Part shown: piece by piece, positions 36,023 through 44,843 of the stretch
Layout of the letters: each line of letters opens with the position of its first letter
Numbering within the stretch: the stretch's first letter is position 1
DNA from: Vicinamibacterales bacterium
Lineage (GTDB): Bacteria; Acidobacteriota; Vicinamibacteria; Vicinamibacterales; CAVVIG01
DNA: 64,000 nt
Direction: 5' to 3'
Assembly (NCBI GenBank): GCA_050249955.1
Contig: JBFWPN010000004.1
Location: forward strand, 224,850 to 288,849
The notes under the pieces: model-generated
Told to the model about the DNA's origin: nothing
What the model saw: the letters and a program-made list of their open reading frames with translations, nothing else
Database searches by the model: none
Position numbers and translations under genes: made by a program

Positions 36023-37291
36023 TTGGGTGATGGTGTAGGCTCACCCTCTCCGGTGTCAGTCTTTCTCTTACGGTGGCCCGCGCTCGGGAGGCGGGTTGCG
36101 GCATCTGCGCGTCCAGACGGCGCAGAGCAGGCGACCCAGCCGCGGCTGTTCGGTGCCGTCGAGGCACGCCTGGCGGCGATCGGCGTGGGCGTGCGGCTGC
36201 TCGCCTACGCCGTGGCACTGTTCGGCACCATACTCTTCCCGTTGTATCGCCCCCAGCAGTTCAGCGTGCTGCCGCGTCCCAACCAGGTGTGGGACGTGTT
36301 CGCTCGCTTCGACTCGGGCTGGTACTTCGGTGTGGCCCGCTACGGGTACGAGTTCGTCGAGGGGGGACGCAGCAACCTCGCATTCTTCCCGGTCTACCCG
36401 ATGCTGATGCGTTACGTGGCGCTGGCGCTCGGGGGCGGCCGGACCAACGTGTACCTGGCTGGCATCATCGTGTCGTGGGTGGCGTTCTGCGTCGCCTGCG
36501 TGCTGCTGTACCGCCTGGCGCGCGAGTACGTCACCGATGCCCAGGCGCAGTGTGCCGTGCTGCTGCTGATGCTGTTCCCGTTCGCGTTCTTCTACGGAGT
36601 GGTCTACACCGAGTCGGTCTTCCTGCTGTGCTCCGTGTCGGCGTTCCTCGCCTTCAGGAAGGGCCGCTGGCTGCTCGGCGGGCTGGCCGGTGCGGCACTG
36701 ACCGCCACACGGGTGAACGGCATCGTGGCGTGGCCGGCGCTTGCGCTCGTGGCGCTCGAGACCGTGCGCGAGCGTCCAGACGAGCGGCTCCGGGCCGCGC
36801 TCGGCGTGCTCCTGGTGCCCCTGGGGCTCGGGGCGTATGCCGCGTTCTCTTACGCGCTGAGCGGATCGGCCGTGGAGTGGATGCGCAGCATCGAGCGCTG
36901 GGACTATCACCCGGGCGGCTACCCGTGGACGCCGTTCGTCAACCTCTTCCTGCCGCTGCTGACGTCGCCCTACCAGTTCCTGCTCGAGAACGTCCAGGCC
37001 CGGTACGACCTGCTGAACGGAGTGGCGGCACTGTTTGCGCTGGCGCTGGTGCCGCGCGTGGTGCGGACGCTGGGGTGGGGCCACGCCCTGCTGGTGGTCG
37101 GCAACCTCTGGCTGCCGCTGTCGTCGGGCGTGTTCGAGGGGCTGGGGCGTTACGTGGCGGTGCTCTTCCCGCTGTTCATCGCGCTGTCGACCGTCCAGTC
37201 ACAGACCGTCCGGCAGGTGGTGTTCTTCTCGTTCGGGCTGCTCTTCGCGCTCTGCTGCATGCTGTTCACGAACCTGCACCCGATCTTCTAG
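36023..37291 (+). CDS. membrane mannosyltransferase family protein (PIG-V-like GT-C)
   Basis: 'FARFDSGWYFGVARYGYEF...NLAFFPVYPMLMR' signature and about 9 TM helices. The true start may lie downstream of 36023. Confidence 0.7.
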   Translation: MGDGVGSPSPVSVFLLRWPALGRRVAASARPDGAEQATQPRLFGAVEARLAAIGVGVRLLAYAVALFGTILFPLYRPQQFSVLPRPNQVWDVFARFDSGWYFGVARYGYEFVEGGRSNLAFFPVYPMLMRYVALALGGGRTNVYLAGIIVSWVAFCVACVLLYRLAREYVTDAQAQCAVLLLMLFPFAFFYGVVYTESVFLLCSVSAFLAFRKGRWLLGGLAGAALTATRVNGIVAWPALALVALETVRERPDERLRAALGVLLVPLGLGAYAAFSYALSGSAVEWMRSIERWDYHPGGYPWTPFVNLFLPLLTSPYQFLLENVQARYDLLNGVAALFALALVPRVVRTLGWGHALLVVGNLWLPLSSGVFEGLGRYVAVLFPLFIALSTVQSQTVRQVVFFSFGLLFALCCMLFTNLHPIF

Positions 37292-37380
37292 TGGCCGGGC
37301 CGCGTCGCTCCCGCCGAACGAGACAGGGCCGGGATGCCAGGGCGCGATTCCTGGCTCTCCCGGCTGTCCCGGTCTTGTTC

Positions 37381-38436
37381 CTACCGGAACGTCCGCATCA
37401 GCTTTGCCAGCTCCGCTGAACCCGGGCAGAGCTGTTCGTAGGGAAGCTGCACGAGCGGCGTGGACACGGTGCCCGCCTGGGCGTGCATGTCCTTGCTGTC
37501 GGGATTGATGTAGAGCAGGCCGGTCACCACCTCGCCCTCGGCCTGCTTCTTCCGGATGTAGTTGTAGGCCACGTCGCGGTCGGTCGGGTCGTAGTCGTCG
37601 GCCACCTTCCGCAGCCGCACCGTGCTCCCGTCGTGCATGGTCACTTCGCGGACGGCCCCCGGGTCGTACTGGGTGACGATGGCCCTGGCCGGCGCCACGA
37701 AGTCGGCCTGCACCACTTCCACCGTGTTCTCGCGCGTGTAGGCGTAGCTCTTCGTCGACCCTTCATGGTCGTTGAAGGTGACGCACGGCGAGATCACGTC
37801 GATGAAGGCGAACCCCTTGTGCTTCAGGCCCGCCTTCAGCAGCGGCACGAGCTGTGCCTTGTCGCCGGAGAAGCTGCGCGCCACGAAGGTGGCCCCCAGC
37901 GTCAGCGCCATCAGCGCGCCGTCGATCGCCTCCATCGTGTTCGGTTCACCCTTCTTGCTGAGCGAGCCCGGATCGGCCGACGCCGAGAACTGCCCCTTGG
38001 TCAGGCCGTACACGCCGTTGTTCTCGAGCACGTAGAGCACGTTCACGTTGCGGCGGATGGCGTGGCACAGCTGGCCCAGTCCGATCGACAGCGAGTCGCC
38101 GTCGCCGGAGACGCCGATGTAGGTGATGTCGCCGTTCGCGGCGTTCGCACCCGTGACGAGCGACGGCATGCGGCCGTGCACGCTGTTGAACCCGTGCGCC
38201 TCCTTCAGGAAGTAGGCCGGGGTCTTGGACGAGCAGCCGATGCCGGAGAGCTTGGCCACCGTGTGCGGCGGAATGGACAGCTCCCAGAACGCATGGACGA
38301 TGGCGGCGGTGATGGAGTCGTGGCCGCAGCCCGCACACAGCGTGGTGACCGTCCCCTCGTAGTCGCGCCTGGTGAGGCCGATCTCGTTCTTCTGGAGCGA
38401 GGGATGGTGAACCTTGGGTTTCGGGATGTAGGTCAT
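37381..38436 (-). CDS. korB: 2-oxoglutarate/2-oxoacid:ferredoxin oxidoreductase beta subunit
   Basis: ORF trimmed to ATG 38436. 'CAGCGHDSI' and 'GDGDSLSIGLGQ' TPP-binding blocks. ATGA overlap with korA. Confidence 0.9.
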   Translation of the reverse strand: MTYIPKPKVHHPSLQKNEIGLTRRDYEGTVTTLCAGCGHDSITAAIVHAFWELSIPPHTVAKLSGIGCSSKTPAYFLKEAHGFNSVHGRMPSLVTGANAANGDITYIGVSGDGDSLSIGLGQLCHAIRRNVNVLYVLENNGVYGLTKGQFSASADPGSLSKKGEPNTMEAIDGALMALTLGATFVARSFSGDKAQLVPLLKAGLKHKGFAFIDVISPCVTFNDHEGSTKSYAYTRENTVEVVQADFVAPARAIVTQYDPGAVREVTMHDGSTVRLRKVADDYDPTDRDVAYNYIRKKQAEGEVVTGLLYINPDSKDMHAQAGTVSTPLVQLPYEQLCPGSAELAKLMRTFR

Positions 38437-40229
38437 GCCACTTTCTCCAGACGGGCCCGGATGCCGGCAAGCACGTGGTGCGCGCTCATGGGGAAGCCGC
38501 CGTAATACCGGACCGACTCCATCTTCGCGAGCGGCACGCCGGTTTCGAGCGTCAGCAGGTTCCGCAGCTGGCCGTCGCGGTTCTGCTCGACCACGAAGGT
38601 CACCTCGTGGCGCTCGAGGAAGGCCCGTACCTCGTCGCCGAACGGGAAACCGCGGACCCGCATGAAGTCCACGTGAATGCCCTCGGCCGTGAGCTGGTCC
38701 ATCGCCTCGACGCAGGCGGCGTGGCAGCCGCCGACGGTGAGGACCCCCACCTTGTTGCTGCCGCTGCCGGCGGTGACCGGCGGCGGCACGGCCTTCGCGG
38801 CGCTGTTGATCTTGCGCGCGATGCGGTCGACCACCTCGGTGTATTCCTCGGCATCCTCGGTGTAGCCCGCGAACTTGTTGTGGCCGGAGCCGCGCGTGAA
38901 GTAGGCCCCCTTCGGGTGGGTGCCGGGGAGCGAGCGCGTGGGGATGCCGTCGCCGTCCGTGTCGAGGTACCGGGCGAAGCTCTTTGCCGCCGCCAGCTGC
39001 TCCGCGTTCAGCACCTTGCCACGATCCGGACGGTAGCTGTCGTCCCACTGCAACGTCGGCACCATCCAGTCGTTCATGCCGATGTCGAGGTCCGTCAGGA
39101 CGAACACGGGCGTCTGGAACCGCTCGGCCAGGTCGAACGACGTCGCCGCGAACTCGAACGCCTCCTTCGGGTCGGACGGGTACAGGCAGATGTGCTTCGT
39201 GTCCCCGTGCGAGGCGTACGCGCACATCATCAGGTCGCACTGCTGCGTGCGGGTCGGCATGCCGGTCGAGGGACCCGTGCGCTGCACGTCGAACACGACC
39301 GTCGGCACCTCGGCGTAGTAGGCCAGCCCCAGGAACTCGTTCATCAGCGAGATGCCTGGGCCCGAGGTGGGCGTGAACGCCCGCGCGCCGGCCCAGCCGG
39401 CACCGATCACCATGCCGATGGCCGAGAGTTCGTCCTCGGCCTGGAGGATCGCGAAGCGGTTCGCGTTGGCCTCGGCATCACGGCGGTACTTCTGGCAGAA
39501 GCGCTTGAACGCCTCCATCATCGACGTGGAGGGCGTGATCGGATACCAGGCGCCCACCGTGGCGCCGGCGTACACGCACCCGAGCGCCGCGGCCGTGTTG
39601 CCGTCGATGAGGATCGAGTCCTTCGTCCTGTCCAGCGGGGCGAGCTGGATCGGGAGCGGGCAGGGGAAGTGCTCGCGCGCAAAGCCGTAGCCGAGGTCGA
39701 CCGCCTTCTGGTTCGACTCGATGAGGGCCGGCTTCCTGCCGTACTTCTCCTTCAGCAGTGCCTTGATCACATCGGTGTCGATGCCGAGGAGCGCCGCCAG
39801 CGCCCCCGCATAGGCGATGTTCTTCATCAGGATGCGCTCACGCACACCGTTGAACGCCTCGTTGCACATCTGCGCCAGCGGGATGCCAAGGAGCGTGATG
39901 TCCGGCCGGCGCAGCCGATCGTCCAGCGGCCAGGTGGAGTCGTGCAGCAGCCAGCCGCCCGATGCCACCTCCTTCACGTCCTTGTCGTAGGTGGCCGGGT
40001 TGAGGGCCACCATCAGGTCGAAGCTCGCGGTGCGCGCGGTGTAGCCGCGTCCGCTGACCCGGATTTCGTACCAGGTGGGCAGCCCCTGGATGTTCGACGG
40101 GAAGACGTTCTTGCCCGTGACCGGCACGCCCATCCGGAAGATGGCCTGCATGATCAGGCTGTTGGCCGATGCCGATCCGCTCCCGTTGGCGGTGGCGATC
40201 TTGAAGGCGAACTCGTTGACGCGACTCAT
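38433..40229 (-). CDS. korA: 2-oxoglutarate/2-oxoacid:ferredoxin oxidoreductase alpha subunit
   Basis: 598 aa with colinear KorA-type organisation (gamma-like N-domain followed by the pyrimidine-binding domain). Confidence 0.9.
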   Translation of the reverse strand: MSRVNEFAFKIATANGSGSASANSLIMQAIFRMGVPVTGKNVFPSNIQGLPTWYEIRVSGRGYTARTASFDLMVALNPATYDKDVKEVASGGWLLHDSTWPLDDRLRRPDITLLGIPLAQMCNEAFNGVRERILMKNIAYAGALAALLGIDTDVIKALLKEKYGRKPALIESNQKAVDLGYGFAREHFPCPLPIQLAPLDRTKDSILIDGNTAAALGCVYAGATVGAWYPITPSTSMMEAFKRFCQKYRRDAEANANRFAILQAEDELSAIGMVIGAGWAGARAFTPTSGPGISLMNEFLGLAYYAEVPTVVFDVQRTGPSTGMPTRTQQCDLMMCAYASHGDTKHICLYPSDPKEAFEFAATSFDLAERFQTPVFVLTDLDIGMNDWMVPTLQWDDSYRPDRGKVLNAEQLAAAKSFARYLDTDGDGIPTRSLPGTHPKGAYFTRGSGHNKFAGYTEDAEEYTEVVDRIARKINSAAKAVPPPVTAGSGSNKVGVLTVGGCHAACVEAMDQLTAEGIHVDFMRVRGFPFGDEVRAFLERHEVTFVVEQNRDGQLRNLLTLETGVPLAKMESVRYYGGFPMSAHHVLAGIRARLEKVA

Positions 40230-40244
40230 GACTGCCGGCTCCCG

Positions 40245-42041
40245 CTACGTGGTGGCCACCATCGGCAGCAGCTTGGCGCCGGCGTGTGGATAGATGAGCG
40301 CGAACTTGCGCATGTCGAACGCGTGCGTGGGGCAGCGTTCCGCGCAGAGCCCGCAGTGCAGGCAGACGTTCTCGTCCTTCGTCATCACCCGCCCGGTCTG
40401 CCGCAGCAGCCCGGAGACGAAGATCGCCTGGTCGGTCTCGCCGGCCGGCTCCGCGAGCAGCTTCTCGCGCAGCACCGGCTCGTCGCCGTTGACGCTGATC
40501 GCCAGGCAGTCCACCGGGCAGATGTCCACGCACGCGTCACACTCGATGCACAGCCAGTCGGTGAAGTGCGTCTGCACGTCGCAGTTCAGGCAGCGCTCCA
40601 CCTCCCGGCGCGTCTGTTCCGGCGTGAAGCCCTTCTCCACCTCGGTCGCCATCGTGAGGAAGCGCTCCGACAGCTCGACGTGCTCCATCTTCTGGCGCTT
40701 CGAGGTGTCGTAGTTGTTGCTGTAGGCCCACTCGTGGAGGCCCATCTTGGTGGAGGAGAGCGTCAGCCCCGCCGGCGGCCGCTCGGTGACCGGCTTGCCC
40801 TGGCAGAAGAGGTCGATCGAAATCGCCGCCTGGTGGCCGTGCTCGACCGCCCAGATGATGTTCAGCGGGCCGAAGGCGGCGTCACCACCGAAGAACACCC
40901 CCGGGCGGGACGACATGTGCGTGGCCTTGTCCACCACCGGCATGTCCCACTTGCCGAACTCGATCCCGATTTCGCGCTCGATCCAGGGGAACGAGTTGTC
41001 CTGGCCGATGGCGAGAATCACCGAGTCGCAGGGGATGACCGTACGGCCGATGACTTCCTGGTGCAGCTGGCCGTCGCGCTCTTCCGAGCGGAACTGGTCG
41101 AACTCCATGCCCGTGAGCCTGCCGTCTTCGACGATGAAGCGGACCGGCTGGAGGTTCTCGACGATCTCGATGCCCTCTTCCTCGGCATCCTCGAGCTCCC
41201 AGGGCGACGCCTTGAAGTACTTGCGCGTCTTGCGCGCGATCACCTTCACGTCCTTTGCCCCGAGCCGCTTCGACGACCGGCAGCAGTCCATGGCCGTGTT
41301 GCCGACGCCGATGATGAGGACCCGCTCGCCGATCGAGTCGATGTGCTGGAAGTGGATGTTCTGCAGCCACTCGATGCCGATGAACACCTGGTCGGTGTCG
41401 AACCTCCCCGGGATCTTCAGTTCCTTGCCCTTCGGTGCGCCGCTGCCCACGAACACCGCGTCGAACTCGCCGCTGTCGAGCAGCGCCTTCATGCTCTCGA
41501 TGGGCGAGTTGTAGCGCATCTCCACGCCCATATCCACGATGTAGCCGATCTCATCGTCCAGGACGTCGGTCGGCAGGCGGAACGACGGGATGTTGATGCG
41601 CATGAGGCCGCCGGGCTGCGGCAGCTTCTCGAAGATGGTCACCTGGTAGCCGAGCGGCATCAGGTCGTTGGCCACGGTCAATGACGCCGGGCCGGCGCCG
41701 ATGCAGGCCACCTTCTTGCCGTTCTTCTGTACGGGCGCGGTGGGCAGCAGGTGCTTCACCTCACCCCTGTGATCCGCAGCCACCCGCTTGAGGCGGCAGA
41801 TGGCGACCGGCTTGTCGTCGACGCGCCCGCGCCGGCAGGCCGGCTCGCACGGACGATCGCAGGTGCGCCCCAGGATGCCGGGGAAGACGTTCGACGCGCG
41901 GTTGAGCAGGTACGCGTCGGTGTACCGCTCCTGGGCGATCAGCCTGATGTACTCCGGCACGTTGGTATGCGCCGGGCAGGCCCACTGACAATCGACGACC
42001 CGGTGGTAGTAATTGGGATCGTCGGTATTGGTTCGCTGCAT
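40245..42041 (-). CDS. GltD-like NAD(P)H-dependent FAD oxidoreductase fused to a C-terminal 2x[4Fe-4S] ferredoxin domain
   Basis: Start at ATG 42041 (alternative 42104). N-terminal Cys cluster 'CQWACPAH...CDRPCEPAC'. 'VACIGAGPASL' and 'VLIIGVGNTAMD' dinucleotide folds. C-terminal 'CLNCD...CIECDACVDICP' and 'CLHCGLCAERCP'. 15-nt gap to korA. Confidence 0.85.
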   Translation of the reverse strand: MQRTNTDDPNYYHRVVDCQWACPAHTNVPEYIRLIAQERYTDAYLLNRASNVFPGILGRTCDRPCEPACRRGRVDDKPVAICRLKRVAADHRGEVKHLLPTAPVQKNGKKVACIGAGPASLTVANDLMPLGYQVTIFEKLPQPGGLMRINIPSFRLPTDVLDDEIGYIVDMGVEMRYNSPIESMKALLDSGEFDAVFVGSGAPKGKELKIPGRFDTDQVFIGIEWLQNIHFQHIDSIGERVLIIGVGNTAMDCCRSSKRLGAKDVKVIARKTRKYFKASPWELEDAEEEGIEIVENLQPVRFIVEDGRLTGMEFDQFRSEERDGQLHQEVIGRTVIPCDSVILAIGQDNSFPWIEREIGIEFGKWDMPVVDKATHMSSRPGVFFGGDAAFGPLNIIWAVEHGHQAAISIDLFCQGKPVTERPPAGLTLSSTKMGLHEWAYSNNYDTSKRQKMEHVELSERFLTMATEVEKGFTPEQTRREVERCLNCDVQTHFTDWLCIECDACVDICPVDCLAISVNGDEPVLREKLLAEPAGETDQAIFVSGLLRQTGRVMTKDENVCLHCGLCAERCPTHAFDMRKFALIYPHAGAKLLPMVATT

Positions 42042-42217
42042 ATGCGTGCAGGATACGTCGATCTTGCCGACTGGGCTAGTCCGGCCGTGCCTCGGCGTCA
42101 CCACGACGTCAGGGAGGGCAGGAACGGGAAGTTGGCGACTGGACCGCGCGCCATCGTACCCCAGCCTCGCCAGGCGCGCTACACTTCGCGCCGGGGCTCA
42201 GCCTCCCTCCGCTGACC

Positions 42218-43162
42218 CTACTTGCCGAATCGGTACAGCCAGAACTGCTGGTCCATTCGCTTGTCCTGGTCAGCCGAGAAGGTGTTCATGCACGAGTCGT
42301 CCGTGAAGTCCATGTAGTTGGTGACCGGATCGAGACCGGGATGGAAGGGGCAGCTGTCCCGCGTCACGGGGCACCCGAACGCCGCCGATTGTTCCGCGGC
42401 GGTGTCCGTCGCGAAGTCTCCGGCCGTCGGCCCCATCGCGCAACCACCCTGGAAGGTGTGATAGAGCCCCATCCAGTGCCCCACCTCGTGCACCGCCGTG
42501 TCGCCGAGGTTGTAGGGGGCCCATGACCCGCCGGGCAGTGTGTCCGCGTCGAGCACCACCCCATCGTCCTTCGGCTGGCCCGCATAGGAGGATGGCATGC
42601 TCGACCAGCCGACCATGCCGCCACTCAGCTGTGTGATGTAGATATTGAGGTCGTCAGCCGTGCCCTGTCTCAGGAGGTTCTTCATCTGGTGCTCCGCCGA
42701 GGACCCCTGGGACATCTGCATCCACTGCGGCATGACCGTGACGTCGAAGTTGGCGAGCGTGAAGGACCACTGGGTGGGAGCGAATGCCTTGTTGAGCACC
42801 TTCAGCTGGCTGTCGATCACCGTCGTCGGCAGGGGAGAGCTGATGCCGTCGGTGATGATGTGGAAGTACACCCGGATCACGCCCCCAGGAGTCGCGTAGT
42901 AGAACTGCATGGCGCCGTTCCCATCCAGGTAGGCGAGGCCGGCACCCAGCGCGTCCTTCCGGAAGGTCAGTTCCAGCGCGTTCGCCTGTTCGGGCGTCAG
43001 CATGTTGCCATCGCGGCGACCCGTGGCCGCCGTCGTGTCGGTCGTGCCGAGAGAGATGGCCAGCATGGCCACGAGGGCCACGGTAACGGCGGAGACCGCC
43101 CCGGTCACCAGGCGCAACCGAAACCCGCGGGGCATGAGCTGACGACGGTGGTGCATGGACAT
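42218..43162 (-). CDS. secreted M43 (pappalysin/ulilysin-like) metzincin protease
   Basis: 'HEVGHWMGLYHTF' HExxHxxGxxH motif. N-terminal TM/signal segment. Confidence 0.8.
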   Translation of the reverse strand: MSMHHRRQLMPRGFRLRLVTGAVSAVTVALVAMLAISLGTTDTTAATGRRDGNMLTPEQANALELTFRKDALGAGLAYLDGNGAMQFYYATPGGVIRVYFHIITDGISSPLPTTVIDSQLKVLNKAFAPTQWSFTLANFDVTVMPQWMQMSQGSSAEHQMKNLLRQGTADDLNIYITQLSGGMVGWSSMPSSYAGQPKDDGVVLDADTLPGGSWAPYNLGDTAVHEVGHWMGLYHTFQGGCAMGPTAGDFATDTAAEQSAAFGCPVTRDSCPFHPGLDPVTNYMDFTDDSCMNTFSADQDKRMDQQFWLYRFGK

Positions 43163-43220
43163 GGGTCCTCGCCTCCTGCAGCAGGAACCGGGATCCGTCC
43201 GCTGCGCGAATGGTGTTCCA

Positions 43221-43272
43221 GAAATAGAAAAGGCGGAGAACCGACAGGGACGCTCCCCTGGGTTCTCCGCCT
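43221..43272 (-). terminator. intrinsic terminator downstream of cytochrome c gene
   Basis: On the minus strand: AGGCGGAGAACC-(18 nt)-GGTTCTCCGCCT followed by TTTTCTATTTCT. Confidence 0.65.
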
Positions 43273-43300
43273 GTTCAGTTCGTGAGTGCTCCGTGACGGC

Positions 43301-43792
43301 TCAGTTCGTGCCGCCGTGGTGCACGCCAAGCGACTTCAGGTAGGCGAGCACGGCCTCGGCGTCGGCCTGCGACATCCGGAACTGCGGCATCGGCTGACGG
43401 AGCCGGAGGCCGTTGTTGCGCGACTCACCGGTCATCAGCAGGTGGATGAACTGCTCGTCCGTGCCGGGAGGCGCGCCCGCGATCCTCGGGGCGACGATGG
43501 CCCAGTTATCGGTGGCCACGGTCGGAGCCAGGCCGACGGCGCCACCCTGGAGCCAGTGCGTGGTGTCCCGGTTGCCGTGCATGTCCACCGGCGAGTGGCA
43601 CCGTCCGCACATCGCCACTTCCTCGACGATGTAACGGCCGCGTGCAACCTTGTCTTCGCCGGCGGGCGCCGCCGCTGCGGCTGCGGGCTTGGCGGGTTCC
43701 GTGCGCTGGGTCTGGGCAGCGGGTGGGTTGCCGCCTGCAAGCAGGACGAACGCGGGGACCACCAGCATCGGCCAGAGTTTGGAACGCGACAT
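43301..43792 (-). CDS. exported mono-heme cytochrome c
   Basis: ORF trimmed to ATG 43792. Signal peptide. CGRCH heme motif, with a distal 'QPMPQF' Met. Confidence 0.75.
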   Translation of the reverse strand: MSRSKLWPMLVVPAFVLLAGGNPPAAQTQRTEPAKPAAAAAAPAGEDKVARGRYIVEEVAMCGRCHSPVDMHGNRDTTHWLQGGAVGLAPTVATDNWAIVAPRIAGAPPGTDEQFIHLLMTGESRNNGLRLRQPMPQFRMSQADAEAVLAYLKSLGVHHGGTN

Positions 43793-43881
43793 GTGTCGAT
43801 CCTTTCGTCGAACTGACGGATCCCGGTGAGGACCGGGATTTTCCACTGCGCAGAGTCTAGAACCTTCCGGGTCATTGAGCA

Positions 43882-44829
43882 ATGGTGTTCTGCAGGTCCA
43901 TCAGGCGCCGGGCCGCAATTTCAGGGGCCGCCCTGCCCGCCGACCCGCCACATGTTGCGGTGCCGGCGTATGCTGGCTCGGTGAAGCCGCTCGACGTCGG
44001 GCTGGGGCTGCGGTTGCTGCGATTTCTGCGGACCCCGAAAGGGACGGTGCTCGCGATTCTGGTGTGCCTGGTGGCCGGTGCCCCGGTCGTGCGCACGGGC
44101 GGCACGACGCTCCTGTGGCTGGCGCCGACCGTCCTCTGCCCGGCGCTCGTCGACGCAGCGGTGCTCCGCTGGCGGCGCGGTCGCCTGGTCTTCCCCGGTG
44201 GAGCGGCCATCACCGGGCTGCTGGTGGGCATGGTGCTCAGGGTGCAGGAGCCCTGGTACGTCGCCACCGCACTGGCCACGGCGGCCGTCGCCCTGAAGTA
44301 CCCGCTGCGCGTTCGTCACGCGAACGTGTTCAACCCGGCCGCGCTGGCGCTGGTCGCCGCGTCGCAGCTGTTCGGGGCGGGGCATAGCTGGTGGGGCGCC
44401 CTCACGGAGGTGGTGCCGGCCGCCGCGATCCCGCTGCTGCTGGCGAGTGCCGCATTCATCACGGTCCGCGTGCACAAGCTGCCGCTCGTCCTGGCGTTCA
44501 CGGGCACCTACTACGTGTGCTGCCTCCTCACGGCGGTCCTCGTAGACCCGGCGCTCGTGGCCGATCTCTTCGTGCCGCCAGACCTGCAGGCCACGATCTT
44601 CTTTGCCGGCTTCTTCCTGACCGACCCGCCAACCTCGCCCACCCGCCGGGGCGCACAGGTGACCCACGGTGTCGTGGTGGCCGTCGCCAGCATGTCGGCC
44701 CTGCTCGCCACGGGCATGGTGGATTACCTCTTTGTCGGCGTGCTGGTGGGCAACGTGTGGGAAGCGGGTCACCGGCTGCTGCGGACCCGCATGCACGTGA
44801 GGCTGCAGGCCCGCACAGCCTCTCCCTGA
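43882..44829 (+). CDS. polytopic membrane protein (weak RnfD/NqrB-like resemblance)
   Basis: About 8 TM helices and an 'ANVFNPAALAL' motif. An in-frame GTG at 43981 is an alternative start. Function not established. Confidence 0.5.
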   Translation: MVFCRSIRRRAAISGAALPADPPHVAVPAYAGSVKPLDVGLGLRLLRFLRTPKGTVLAILVCLVAGAPVVRTGGTTLLWLAPTVLCPALVDAAVLRWRRGRLVFPGGAAITGLLVGMVLRVQEPWYVATALATAAVALKYPLRVRHANVFNPAALALVAASQLFGAGHSWWGALTEVVPAAAIPLLLASAAFITVRVHKLPLVLAFTGTYYVCCLLTAVLVDPALVADLFVPPDLQATIFFAGFFLTDPPTSPTRRGAQVTHGVVVAVASMSALLATGMVDYLFVGVLVGNVWEAGHRLLRTRMHVRLQARTASP

Positions 44830-44843
44830 GGTCCGGGTCCGAC

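Noticed and set aside
38475-41684. 1069-aa plus-strand ORF
   Set aside because: It is antisense to korA and the gltD-like gene, both with unmistakable motifs. This is a typical GC-rich shadow ORF.
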